Assembly: GCA_016186365.1 (NCBI GenBank)
Contig: JACPLT010000001.1
Coordinates: 13,231 to 77,230, forward strand
Reading direction: 5' to 3'
Origin: Candidatus Pacearchaeota archaeon
Lineage (GTDB): Archaea; Nanobdellota; Nanobdellia; Pacearchaeales; GW2011-AR1
DNA: 64,000 bases
The translations under genes were made by a program, and so were the position numbers. Shown here in pieces: positions 8,968 through 19,600 of the stretch. The notes beneath the pieces were generated by a model. That model was given only the letters and a program-made list of their open reading frames with translations. It did no database searches and was not told the origin of the DNA. The first letter of the stretch is position 1. Every line of letters starts with the position of its first letter.

Positions 8968-11037
8968 CTACTTCACTAAGAGATAAGACCTTGTTTTTTT
9001 CCCTGCTTTTGCTTGCCTGCCCTCTTTTTTCTCTCCCTCAAATATAAGCTTAATTCTCTTTTTAAACTCTTCGAAGCGTTCAGTTACTATTCTATCTTTT
9101 TTCAATGATTCAAGGTATTTAATTACTCTCTCTTCGGTTATTCCTTGTTTCTGCAGATTATAAAACTCACTGATTCCAAGAGGCCCAAGAATATCAATTA
9201 AAAGTTCCTTAACTTCTTTTTCTATATCTGCTCTTCCTGAAAACAAGATTTTTATTGGTCTCATTTCTCTCACAGGCTCAAGAGGAACAGCAAAGTGGAA
9301 CACCGTGCCAACTCCTTTTTTGCTTTCAAACCATATTTTTCCATTCTGGCTTTCTACAATCCCCTTGCATATTGCTAATCCAAGTCCTGTTCCTCCAAAT
9401 TTTCTTGCATACATCCCTCCTGCTTGGAAAAATGGCTCAAAAATTCTTCCCTGCTCTTCATCAGCAATTCCATCTCCATAATCTTTGACAGTAAAATAAA
9501 TAAAATCTTTCTCTTTTTTAGCATAAACCTCAATTTTGCCATTATCTTTTGAAAATTTAATTGCATTGTTCAATAAATTTCTCAAAACCTGCATAACTCT
9601 GTCAGAATCAACTTCAATAACAGGCAAGCTATCAATATAAGGTTCTATTTTAATCTTCTTTTCAGGCATAAATCCCTTCATTTCCTCAATTGTTCTTTTT
9701 ATTGGTTCATTTAAGCTAGTTTTGACAAACTCAAACTTTAATCTTGCTGCTTCAATTCTTGAAATTTCTAAAAAGTCTTGAATAATCTTGTCTAATCTTT
9801 CTGTATTATTAAGGACAATTTGCAGTGATTCTCTTTGCTCCTTAGTTAGCTTACCAAAATAGTCTCCCAATACCATCTGCAATTGAGCTTTCATAGGAGT
9901 CATAGGACTTCTTAATTCATGTGAAGTTATAGAAAGGAACTCTGTTTTTGCCTTGTCCACCTGTTTTCTCTGCTCATCTGTTTTTTCCATTTGTTCAATT
10001 GTATTATTAAATACATTTCCCAATTCCTCAAACTCATCACCTGTTTTGATATTTGTCCTCGCCTTGAGATTTCCTCTCTCAATCTCTTTTGTTACAATAT
10101 AGAGCTGGTTCAAGGGTCTTAACATGCTCCTTGATAAATAAAAAATAGCAATAGAAAAAACAATAAATACAGATACTAAAACACTAATAAGGGCATATAA
10201 CAGTTTACTAGCAAGAGCAAAGGCTTCTTTTGTAGGAATAGCATATGTTACTATCCAATTATTTCCTTCAAAGTCAAGATATCCTGGCTCTTTTGCAAAA
10301 GCAACAATACTCTCTGTCCCTTCAATAAATTCAACATAGCTCCCAATTTCTTTGCCTTTAGATTTTTCATTTAATTGATTCCACATATGAGAAGTTTCCA
10401 TAAATAAGTCTCCGGAACCATGAGAAGAATATAAAGTGGCCCCTTCTTTATTGAGTAAATCTACATCATTATCTAATACCCCTTTAAGTAAAACATTATT
10501 TATTTTTGTAATAGGAACTCTTGCAACAATAACTCTGAATACATTTCCGTCTTTATCCTTAACAGGTGCTGCAAAATAAATTATAGGAGCTTTTAATTCC
10601 TCTGCGACCCTTATATCTGAGCCAGAGACTATTTTTCCATCTAAAACACCCCTCCAATAACCAATTAACTCATGCTGTTCTCCTATCATCAAGCCAGAAG
10701 TATCAGCTATTCTTGTTCTATTTATATCAAAAAGAGAGATAGAGGCATAACTTTTGTAAAAGTTCCTATATTCAATAAGCCTTTTTGTTATATCTTCAGG
10801 ATTAGAATCATGGTTGGTTATTAAGGAACCAGTAGCCATTACTTGGATATCAGAATACTTTTCATGCATTAATATATCAATTCTAAGCATGATCTCTTGC
10901 GTTTCCATTTCTAATCTATTGGTTATCTCTCTTTCAAGAGAAGCTTTGCTGACTGTATAAATATAAAAAGAAAGAATAACACCAATAAATAAGACGAATA
11001 TTCCAAATAACAGCAATAACTTATGTGAAAATTTCAT
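8968..11037 (-). CDS. sensor histidine kinase (2 TM, extracellular sensor domain, HAMP, HisKA, HATPase_c, C-terminal extension)
   Basis: H-box ITSHELRSPMTPM, N-box LRNLLNNAIKFS, G-boxes DYGDGI and GGTGLGLAICKGIV. Two TM segments flank a roughly 270-aa sensor domain. Confidence 0.85.
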   Translation of the reverse strand: MKFSHKLLLLFGIFVLFIGVILSFYIYTVSKASLEREITNRLEMETQEIMLRIDILMHEKYSDIQVMATGSLITNHDSNPEDITKRLIEYRNFYKSYASISLFDINRTRIADTSGLMIGEQHELIGYWRGVLDGKIVSGSDIRVAEELKAPIIYFAAPVKDKDGNVFRVIVARVPITKINNVLLKGVLDNDVDLLNKEGATLYSSHGSGDLFMETSHMWNQLNEKSKGKEIGSYVEFIEGTESIVAFAKEPGYLDFEGNNWIVTYAIPTKEAFALASKLLYALISVLVSVFIVFSIAIFYLSRSMLRPLNQLYIVTKEIERGNLKARTNIKTGDEFEELGNVFNNTIEQMEKTDEQRKQVDKAKTEFLSITSHELRSPMTPMKAQLQMVLGDYFGKLTKEQRESLQIVLNNTERLDKIIQDFLEISRIEAARLKFEFVKTSLNEPIKRTIEEMKGFMPEKKIKIEPYIDSLPVIEVDSDRVMQVLRNLLNNAIKFSKDNGKIEVYAKKEKDFIYFTVKDYGDGIADEEQGRIFEPFFQAGGMYARKFGGTGLGLAICKGIVESQNGKIWFESKKGVGTVFHFAVPLEPVREMRPIKILFSGRADIEKEVKELLIDILGPLGISEFYNLQKQGITEERVIKYLESLKKDRIVTERFEEFKKRIKLIFEGEKKEGRQAKAGKKTRSYLLVK

Positions 11038-11168
11038 CTATTCTTCCTCGGTTTATCTTTCATCTTCCCTCTTTTATATTTATAAACTAAATCCCTTTAA
11101 ATAGCTTCACTTTGAGTGATGGTCCATCAGCAATTTAAATGTAGCTTGCTTTTGCGGATATCTTCTTA

Positions 11169-12194
11169 TTACTTTGTAATAGAGGTTATAAATTGAGAAT
11201 CAATTATATCATCCAAATTTGTTAGTTTGTTTATCTGCCCCCTATTAAAATAAAATTCTGATATAAACTTTCCACTAGAATACAACTCTCCTTCTGGCGA
11301 TTTGGACATTGCCCTTATATTTTCTGCCAAACTGGGCTGATAAATTCCACTTAATCCTGAAGCTAATTCTTCATTTGTGAAGTTCTCAGCTTTTGCCATT
11401 ATATTTAGTGCCTCTTCCCTATTTGTTTTTTGGAATTCTTTTGCTTCAACCAGCGATTTTACAATTGCTTTTACTTTTTCAGGATTTTCTTCAACAAACA
11501 TAGAATTAAAGAAAAGCCCATCCACGATAATTCCTGGAATGTCTCCTGCTTTTCCTAATTGCTTATATCCCTTTGCCAAAGCAGCTGATTTAGTAGGCTC
11601 CCATGTGTGCCCTGCATCTATCTTCCCGTTTTCTAAAGCACTTAAAACATCATCTGCAGAAACATCTACAAATCGAACATCGGTTTCCTTTAACCCTACC
11701 TTTTCTAAAGAAGCAAGCACAAATATATTGGAAAAGCTATTTATTCCATCAATCCCAACTTTTTTCCCCTTCAAGTCAGAGAGAGAATTAAACTCCTTTC
11801 TTCCTATTATAATATCTCCAGATTCTGAATAATCCGTAATATATACAAATTTAGTCTTTATGCCTTCTGAATAATCTTTAATTGCATCAGAATAAACCTC
11901 AAAAATCCCATCTAACCTTTCATCTTTAAATCTTTCCCTAGACACAAAATAATCTTGATCATATATAAGCTCAACTTTAACTCCATTTTTCTCAAAAAAT
12001 CCTTTCTCCTGTGCAACAAATGCAAAAGCATAACCTGGCCATTGACCAATTGATATTTTTACAGGAGTTTCATCAAGATTTATCTTTGTGCTAGAACTAT
12101 AGTAATAAATCCCCCCCGCTATTGCCAGAACTAAAATTACCCCAATAACTATCCAAATTGCTTTATTCATTTTTCCTCTTTTATAATTAAGCAT
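11169..12194 (-). CDS. periplasmic substrate-binding protein (NMT1/SsuA-like ABC-type SBP)
   Basis: N-terminal signal anchor, then ISIGQWPGYAFAFVAQEKGFFEKNGVKVELI, typical of NMT1/THI5/SsuA-type binding proteins. Heads the SBP-HK-RR operon. Confidence 0.6.
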   Translation of the reverse strand: MLNYKRGKMNKAIWIVIGVILVLAIAGGIYYYSSSTKINLDETPVKISIGQWPGYAFAFVAQEKGFFEKNGVKVELIYDQDYFVSRERFKDERLDGIFEVYSDAIKDYSEGIKTKFVYITDYSESGDIIIGRKEFNSLSDLKGKKVGIDGINSFSNIFVLASLEKVGLKETDVRFVDVSADDVLSALENGKIDAGHTWEPTKSAALAKGYKQLGKAGDIPGIIVDGLFFNSMFVEENPEKVKAIVKSLVEAKEFQKTNREEALNIMAKAENFTNEELASGLSGIYQPSLAENIRAMSKSPEGELYSSGKFISEFYFNRGQINKLTNLDDIIDSQFITSITK

Positions 12195-12253
12195 AGAAAA
12201 TAAACTTTATAAATCCTCTTGTGCAAAACGTGAACCAAACTAATTAAAAAAGA

Positions 12254-12781
12254 TTAATTATTAGATTTCTGCGCGGTATCAATAACTTTATCGGCATAAG
12301 TTTGCGCTTTCTTTATAATTTGCTGCTGGTCTTCAACATCCAAGACTAAGAAAATTGACCGAAGATTTTCTACAGATTTCATATCATTAATAAGACTTGA
12401 AAAAAACCTTTCAACGATAATATTAGAGTTATATGTTGAAAGATTAGTTATAGAATCAAAAACAATAAAATCAAACTCCTGATTTAATATCTTTTTTATT
12501 GCTAAACTCAGTTCAGTTAAAGAAGAAGGAGACGAAAGAAAATAACATCTATCAGAAGAATTAACTTTTTTCATAGAACCAGAAATAGCATCAAGATAAA
12601 AAAAGTTTTTTTCACTTATTTTTCTATTTTTAAAAAGCTCTTCTATTGCGGGCCAGGTTTTATTATAGCTTATATATAAAACTCTCTTTCCACTTAGGCT
12701 TTTTCCAATATCTGTAGTTACTTTTCCGTAATCTAATGAATGTATTAATACAAGATTTGTTTTGTCAAATTTAAATCCCAT
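12254..12781 (-). CDS. KaiC-like (RecA-fold) protein with degenerate P-loop
   Basis: Walker A position reads HSLDYGKVTT (no Ser/Thr after the Lys). Walker B-like FIVFDSITNL retained. Abuts the upstream receiver gene (stop/start adjacent at 12781/12782). Confidence 0.55.
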   Translation of the reverse strand: MGFKFDKTNLVLIHSLDYGKVTTDIGKSLSGKRVLYISYNKTWPAIEELFKNRKISEKNFFYLDAISGSMKKVNSSDRCYFLSSPSSLTELSLAIKKILNQEFDFIVFDSITNLSTYNSNIIVERFFSSLINDMKSVENLRSIFLVLDVEDQQQIIKKAQTYADKVIDTAQKSNN

Positions 12782-13150
12782 TTATTTTTTCTCCAAAATC
12801 TTATTAACTCTTTTTAATAAATCCGAATTATCAAAGGGCTTTTGAATATAATCAACTATATTTTTGCTAATTTTCAACCCTTCCTTCTCAGCATCACTCA
12901 TTCTCACAACACTTAAAAAAGAAATCTTGACATCTTTAGAAATTTTAGATATCATCTCCCTTACTGGAGTTCCAGGCATCATGATATCCAATAGAATCAA
13001 ATCCGGCTTTTCTTTCTTTAATTTCTTTAAAGCATCATCAGCATCAACACAAAGAATTACCTTATATTTATTTTTCTCAAGAAGAAGTTTCATAGTTCTC
13101 CTTATATCCTCTTCATCATCTACAACCATCACTATTTTTTGTTCCGACAT
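12782..13150 (-). CDS. stand-alone CheY-like receiver
   Basis: IVMVVDDEED...DLILLDIMMPGTP...DYIQKPFD. Confidence 0.85.
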   Translation of the reverse strand: MSEQKIVMVVDDEEDIRRTMKLLLEKNKYKVILCVDADDALKKLKKEKPDLILLDIMMPGTPVREMISKISKDVKISFLSVVRMSDAEKEGLKISKNIVDYIQKPFDNSDLLKRVNKILEKK

Positions 13151-13221
13151 ATTAACTTCCTTTTATTGTTTAACCAACTAATAATCGAGAGTTTATAACC
13201 TCTGAGTATTATCAGATTAGA

Positions 13222-13749
13222 TTATTCTCCCAAATCAATAACCTTATCCACAAACATTCCGCTTTCTTTTATCAAAGCTTCCTGTTCTTTTACTGAAAGA
13301 GCATAAAAAATTGCTTTGGTTTTGCTTTCTTTAATCTTATTAACAAGACTTGCCACAAATTTTGAAACAGGCGCCTTGCTCTGATAAACAAGCAAATTAG
13401 TCAAAGAATCAAATATAATATAATCAAAATTATGCCTGACAAACTTTGAAATAACCAAGGAAATTTCAGTTAATGCTCCGGGAGAAGAGCAATAATAAAC
13501 CCCTTCTGATTGGTCTGGAACATTCTTAATTGTCTTTGAAATAGCATCAACAAAAACAATGCTCTCTGTTTTAATCTTATTTTTCTTAAAAAGTTCAACT
13601 AAAGAATCCTTTGTTTTATTCAAAGTTACATAAGCTATATTACTTTTAGACAATTCTTTGACTATGTCTACTATTTCTTTATTATAGTCTGCACTAGACA
13701 TAATTAAAAGTATTGTCTGGTTATTAGAAAGCTCTTTTTTTATGTTCAT
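13222..13749 (-). CDS. KaiC-like (RecA-fold) protein with degenerate P-loop
   Basis: Paralog of 12254..12781. SSADYNKEIV replaces the P-loop; YIIFDSLTNL retained. Confidence 0.55.
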   Translation of the reverse strand: MNIKKELSNNQTILLIMSSADYNKEIVDIVKELSKSNIAYVTLNKTKDSLVELFKKNKIKTESIVFVDAISKTIKNVPDQSEGVYYCSSPGALTEISLVISKFVRHNFDYIIFDSLTNLLVYQSKAPVSKFVASLVNKIKESKTKAIFYALSVKEQEALIKESGMFVDKVIDLGE

Positions 13750-13751
13750 TT

Positions 13752-14105
13752 CTATGCTCCAACAAATTTTTTTACTTGTTTAACCAAATCATCTATATCA
13801 AATGGCTTTTGTATAAACCCGACAATATTCTTGCTCTTCATCAAGTCGCCTCTTTCAGCTTCCGAAGTTCTTACAACGGAAAGATAAGCTATCTTTGTTC
13901 CTATCATTTTTGGAATTATTTCTCTTACAGGAGTTCCAGGCATCATTATGTCCATTAAAACCAAATCAGGTTTTTGCTTTTGCCATTTTTTTAAAGCGTC
14001 ATCGGCGCTTACTGCTGTAATGACATTATACCCATTTCTTTCCAAAATTGCTTTAACAGTAGTTACATTGTCAGGCTCATCATCCACAATCATTATTGTT
14101 TTCAT
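13752..14105 (-). CDS. stand-alone CheY-like receiver
   Basis: IMIVDDEPD...DLVLMDIMMPGTP...GFIQKPFD. Confidence 0.85.
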   Translation of the reverse strand: MKTIMIVDDEPDNVTTVKAILERNGYNVITAVSADDALKKWQKQKPDLVLMDIMMPGTPVREIIPKMIGTKIAYLSVVRTSEAERGDLMKSKNIVGFIQKPFDIDDLVKQVKKFVGA

Positions 14106-14178
14106 TTTATTCTTCCTAAGCTTTTAAAATGAAAAGCCTGAAAATCTTCAATTTTCTTGATTTTTGCCATATTGATCT

Positions 14179-14526
14179 TTATTTTAAAACCTCCTTGATT
14201 TTTTTCACAAATTCTTTTGGTGAAAATGGCTTTTGTATAAATCCGTCTATATCAGCCATATCAACCTCCGATTTTGGAACAACAGTAACATAAACCATTT
14301 TAACTTTGTGATTCAATTTTTCTCTTAATAATCTCAATAAATCATATCCAGACAAAGTGGGCATCATAATATCAAGTAGAATTAAATCAGGTTTAACTGT
14401 TTTAAGCAAATCAATGGCATATGCCCCATTTTTTGCTGTTGTAACTCCATATTCCTCTTTTTCAAGAATCGTCCTCATAGTTTCCAAAACATCCGCTTCA
14501 TCATCCACAATTAGTATCTTTTTCAT
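14179..14526 (-). CDS. stand-alone CheY-like receiver
   Basis: ILIVDDEAD...DLILLDIMMPTLSG...GFIQKPFS. Confidence 0.85.
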   Translation of the reverse strand: MKKILIVDDEADVLETMRTILEKEEYGVTTAKNGAYAIDLLKTVKPDLILLDIMMPTLSGYDLLRLLREKLNHKVKMVYVTVVPKSEVDMADIDGFIQKPFSPKEFVKKIKEVLK

Positions 14527-14662
14527 TTTATCCTCTTTTTAACTAATTGGAGAGGCAGAATTGCTAGGGTCATTTCTTCATCCACAATAAATATCTTTTT
14601 TGCATTTTTATTTTTCTCTTTTTCCTTATCTAACCAGGTTTTGCTTACTTTTAAACCTTTTC

Positions 14663-15683
14663 AGCCTTTGATACTGTCAACTTAAAGGGATAAATATATA
14701 AATCCATGAAATTTTACCTTTGTGAAAGGAGGTAAAATATTATGAAATGTCCTTATTGTAAATCTGAAAATATTTCTAAAAGAGGTAAAAGATTTAATAA
14801 ATCGGAAACAAAACAACTTTATCTTTGTAATAAATGTAAAAGAAAATTTGTTGAACAAAATGGATTTGAAAGAATGAGGTATAATAAAAAACATATTGTT
14901 CGAGCAATTCATCTTCATAATGAAGGGCTTTCACTTTTTCAAGTGAAAGACCATTTATGGCAACATGATGGAATAAAAGTAAGTAGAGAAGCAGTAAGAG
15001 AATGGTGCAATAAGTATAGTATTTTTTTAAAATAGAATAAATGATAATGTTTCTCCAATAATTAAAGGAAATATTCATTATGATGAGAAATATGTTAAAG
15101 TTAATGGTGATGATGCATTTGATTTGAATGCAATAGATAGCAAATCTAAATTTATTCTTGCTCATTTGTTCGTCGAGAAACGAACAAAAAAGAAATGTAT
15201 AGAATTTTTGAAACAAATTAAAGATACATGCTATAATCAAATTCTGACAAAATATTATATTGCAAAATACAATGAGACAAAAAGTAAAAATAAAGTAAAA
15301 TTTGTCTGCGACAAATTTGCAAATTATAAATCCGCATTCAACAAATTGTTTTATAGAATTGCTGAATTGGAATTCGGAGTTCCAATTGCATGTAAAAAAT
15401 ATAATTTTGAGCATAACAATAATCCAATTGAAAGATATAATGGAAAAACAAAAGACAGGATAAAATCAATAAGAAGTGGATTCAAAAATTTTGAAGATGC
15501 AAAATGTTTTATAGATTTAAGAAGAATAATTTACAACTATGTAAATCCTCATCAAGAATTGAAGGGAAAAACTCCTGCTGAAAATGCAGGCATTAATTTG
15601 AAGTTAGAGAGAAATAAGTTGTTGAACCTGATTAAATATGTCAAAGATAACTATGCACCGTTATCTTGACAGTATCTCAGCCT
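14663..15683 (+). mobile_element. IS6-family-like insertion sequence (about 1.0 kb) with 18-bp imperfect terminal inverted repeats
   Basis: agcctttgatactgtcaa at 14663-14680 against the reverse complement of ttgacagtatctcagcct at 15666-15683 (15/18 match, with an 11-bp perfect core GATACTGTCAA). These flank a zinc-finger/HTH ORF plus a DDE ORF. Confidence 0.6.
14742..15669 (+). pseudogene. IS6-type DDE transposase split into two ORFs (14742..15035 and 15124..15669) by a +1 frame break at an A4 run
   Basis: N-terminal part has an MKCPYCKSE...CNKCKRKF zinc ribbon plus HTH. Second frame opens at 15031 with HYDEKYVKVNG...AIDSKSKFILAH...NNPIERYNGKTKDRIKSIRSGFKNFEDAKCFIDLRRIIYNYVNPH (IS6/IS26-like DDE core). 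Removing one A from AAAA at 15029-15032 would fuse the frames. Confidence 0.55.
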
Positions 15684-16661
15684 TTCTTCCAGCACAGGCA
15701 ATTCCTCCTTTATCTCCTGCAACCTTTCTTCATACTTCTTCATTCTTATGTTATAAACTAAACCTGAAATTTTATTTTCTTTAAATCTTTCTGTTTGTGT
15801 TTTCTTCATTAAATCATTCAAAACCCGCTCTTCTGTTTTCATTTTTCTTATCTTGTTTATTAATAATTTTTTCTCATATCTTTTATAGGTGAAATAACCC
15901 ACAATTCCCAAGATAATCAATAAGAGTATTATGTGAATCCAGTATCTTTGGAAAAAGTTCATTGCTCCTTTTTTAATTCCAGATAAAGTTGATAACTGTG
16001 CTTTTTCTTTTTCTAATGCAAGATTAAACTCAGTCAATAAATTTTCACTATCATTGTATCTTTCTTCTGAAAAAGCCAGTTTAGCTTGGATTAAGATATT
16101 GAGAGTTTCATTGGAGATACCTGCAGAGGAAGAGGAAAATAATCCAACACTTTTAAGTTCAGCATTATTATTAAGATTATTATCTTCAACACTTATTTTA
16201 TCTAAAAGCAGATATGCAATCTCTTTCCTGCTCTGAATATCATTAGTATATACTAAAACATCTGCATAATCTATATCTTGCCACTTAACTAATCTTAATG
16301 CGTTCCTTGCATCTGTCTTTTCTTTATCTGTTGAATTATTATCTCGCAATATTTCCGCATATCTTGCCTGTTCAAATACTAGTTTTGCTTCAATTAAACT
16401 ATCATTCATATAAACAACAGAAAAGTTTTTTTCTTGCATTTCTTTAATTATCTGCTCAGAGTCATTTATTGCTTGCAATGCATCTTGTTTTGTGATAATC
16501 TTCTCATTTACAATTTGATTGCTATTACTTTTGAGATCACTATTAGAATCATTATAAACAGCAAATCCAGTAAAATTTGAATTCTGAATATTAAAAATAA
16601 AGAAGGATATTCCTAAGACTAAGAAAATGCTTACAATCATAATAAATATTTGTTGTTTCAT
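15651..16661 (-). CDS. type-I membrane/surface protein (signal peptide, about 200-aa ectodomain, TM, coiled-coil tail); last 10 codons lie inside the IS inverted repeat
   Basis: Ectodomain resembles an internal segment of the adjacent giant protein. C-terminal RLRYCQDNGA* is encoded by the IS right inverted repeat (aggctgagatactgtcaa). Confidence 0.55.
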   Translation of the reverse strand: MKQQIFIMIVSIFLVLGISFFIFNIQNSNFTGFAVYNDSNSDLKSNSNQIVNEKIITKQDALQAINDSEQIIKEMQEKNFSVVYMNDSLIEAKLVFEQARYAEILRDNNSTDKEKTDARNALRLVKWQDIDYADVLVYTNDIQSRKEIAYLLLDKISVEDNNLNNNAELKSVGLFSSSSAGISNETLNILIQAKLAFSEERYNDSENLLTEFNLALEKEKAQLSTLSGIKKGAMNFFQRYWIHIILLLIILGIVGYFTYKRYEKKLLINKIRKMKTEERVLNDLMKKTQTERFKENKISGLVYNIRMKKYEERLQEIKEELPVLEERLRYCQDNGA

Positions 16662-16662
16662 G

Positions 16663-19600
16663 TTATAGTATGTTCATTCTTTTTATTTTTTCTCTTATTT
16701 TAGCTTCCTCTCTTGCTCTTTTATTCTCTCTCATTTTACTAAAATTGTAGAATGGGTATTTTATAAATCCTATAATTTTAAGGAAAAATATTCTAACTCT
16801 TCCTTGTTTTTTAAATTCTTTTTCGGATTTGATAACTGCTCTTTCCAATTCTTTGTTAGTATTTTCAAATTGAATTTTGCCTGATTCATTTTTCTTTAGC
16901 ATCTCAAAAGTTATTCTCTCCCCTTCTATCTCTGCTAATCTCTCGTTCAAAATTTTAAATTCTGTGTTATATTCACTTTCAGATATTTTTCTATCTCTAT
17001 AGAACTGCTCCTGCACCTTTTTAATTTCATTCTCAACCTGAATTCTTTCTATTACTAAATCCTGCAAAATTTGCTGAGGTTTAAGCATTTTTATTCTTTT
17101 ATTTCTTAAGTTTAATCTCTCTTGTTTTATTTTCGCTAATTTGTTTTGATGCTGGCTCATTACTCTATGATACTCTCCAACAGAAATCTTTCCAGAAAAA
17201 TAATTTCTTTGAGCAGACAAGATAAGCCCCCTTATGTTGTCCTCTTCTTTATCAATGTCTTGTATCTTTCCAGTTATTGCAGATTTTTGATAGGTTTTAT
17301 AAGAAAAAATTCCAAACATTGTTAAAAGTACAAATCCTATTAAAACAAAATGCCAGTATAAATACAAGAATAAACCAAAATTGCCTTTTCTTTCAAGCAG
17401 AAGCAAAACCTGTGATGATTTAGCTCTTTCTTCTGCAGTTGCATAATCTCCTCTTTTAAATGCAGCTATTGCCATGTTTAAAACACTTTCAGCAGAATCC
17501 CCACTAAAAATAACTTTTCCAGTTAACATTGAATTAATAGAAACATTATCCCCATTTTCATCAACAATATCCTTTGCTACATTTCCTGTTAATAAATTAG
17601 TTTTTCTTGGATCTTTTAATGCTTCTAAAATTTTATTTATTAACTTATCAACCCCAACCGCTTTGTCTTTTATACTAATAATCTTTTCAGATAAAACCTG
17701 TGCTTCTTTATTTCTGTTTTCAGAAAGTTTATTTTTAGCTTGTTCAAGTAATTTATTAACCTCGTCTGTATTAAATCCAGAATTCGTCATTTCTAAAATC
17801 GCTTTTTCAGCTTCTGCTAAACTTAAATTGCTTTTTTCTTTGCTAACCTCTTGAATAATCAGTTTTATATTCTGGGTTTCTGTATAACTTATTTTTCCAG
17901 TTCCATCTACTTTATACCCCGATATAACTGCTTTCAGTGTATGTTCTTCATAACCTTCTTTGTAAGAAGGAATTTTTAATTTTACTGTGAATTTTTTAGT
18001 TTCTTTTGAATTAATTCTGTCTATTTTACTTGGAGATATGTCAACATACTGTGATGGAAATCCATCTAAAGTCATTGTTAAATCTTCCAAACTTGAATTA
18101 AAATATTTGTTATTTATTTCTATTTCAAAACTGTCCTGCTCTCCTCTTACGATTTCAATTGTTTTTGAATAAACAATTGATTCTCCACCTGCACCTGCCG
18201 TTCCACCACCACCTCCGCCACCACCAGTTCCAGGAGTTGTAATTGTTACTATTAAAGGATCTAAAATATTAATTTGCTTTGTTGCATTGCTAGTTGAATT
18301 CTCATTTGAATTAGACATTGCAGTTATATTGACAGTATTTGACGAAACAGAGCTTAAAACACCAATAACCAAGCTATTTGTAGAAGAAACTCCAATAGGA
18401 AGATTGCCAATATTTCTTGTATAATTTCCATTACTTAGAGAAAATTCAGAAGGCAAACTCCAATTAAGAACAACACCTGTTGCATCACTTGTTCCAAGAT
18501 TCTTTACACTTGCAACTAATTCAACTCCAGATTGTCCTCTTGTTACAGAACTAGAATAAGTATCAATGCTTGCAACAAGATAAGGTCCTGCTGCTGTTTG
18601 AATATAGACTTGCTTTGAATAAGCTTGTGTACCTGCATTAGAATTTATTGTAATACTATAATCATACAAACCTGTAGGAAGACTAACAGAATTAACTTCA
18701 ACAGAAATATTAATTGCATTTCCACTTGAAACACTGTAATTCATAGAAGAATTGCCAGTATAATTAATACTTAATTTTCCATTCAAACTTGTTGATGATA
18801 AAACTATACTAAAATTCAAAGGAGTATCACCAGTATTATTCAAATACAGCAAGCCAAGAGGATTATTATTGGTTTCTTGAGCAAGAGTATATGACTTAAT
18901 ATCAGGAATTGTTGTTGAATTATAAAATCTTGTATCATTCTCAACAACTAAAGTGTAATTTGAAGAAATATTTGAATTTCCAGCAGAATCAGTTGCATTG
19001 ATCTTAAAGTACCATGTTTCATTTCCCAAAGTAATAGAAGCATTATAATTTGTTAATGTTGTATTTGACATTGACAAAGAAGTCCATGAAATTGCAGAAG
19101 AATTTTTATACATCAACTTAACATTTGATATCTGATAATCCTCAACAATATCTGCACTAATATTTACTGTTACTCCAGGATCAAGCTCTGCAGTTGTATT
19201 AGGAGTATAACTTATATTATAAATTTGAGGAAAACTATCATCTGTAATATTTATATTATAACTAGTTGTTAAATTTCCTCTTCCTGATGAATCATATAAA
19301 TAAATCTGGCTATTAAATCCCGGCATGGTTGTGTTTCCTGCTGCAATTATATAACTTAAACTAGAGGAAGTTCCTGATAAGGAAATTTGTGAGGAGTTCT
19401 GCCAAGTTCCTGTTGCATTATAACCAATTATTGCATAACTCAAGCCAACTGCATCAGAAACAGATGCTGAGCAGTTAACATCTTGCGAATTATTAACAGG
19501 ATTTGTGCATGTAAATGAATTCACAGAAGGATTATTCAAATCAACATAAATTATCGTTGATTTGTTTGCTTGATTTTTATTAGTTGAAGAATCATTTGCA

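Noticed and set aside
9255-9566. ORFs 9255..9488 (+) and 9375..9566 (-)
   Set aside because: Embedded in and antisense to, or out of frame with, the histidine kinase gene.
14794-15414. 206-aa minus-strand ORF inside the IS
   Set aside because: Antisense to the transposase ORFs. Its composition (Phe/Ile/Leu/Cys-rich) is typical of reverse-strand translation of AT-rich coding DNA.
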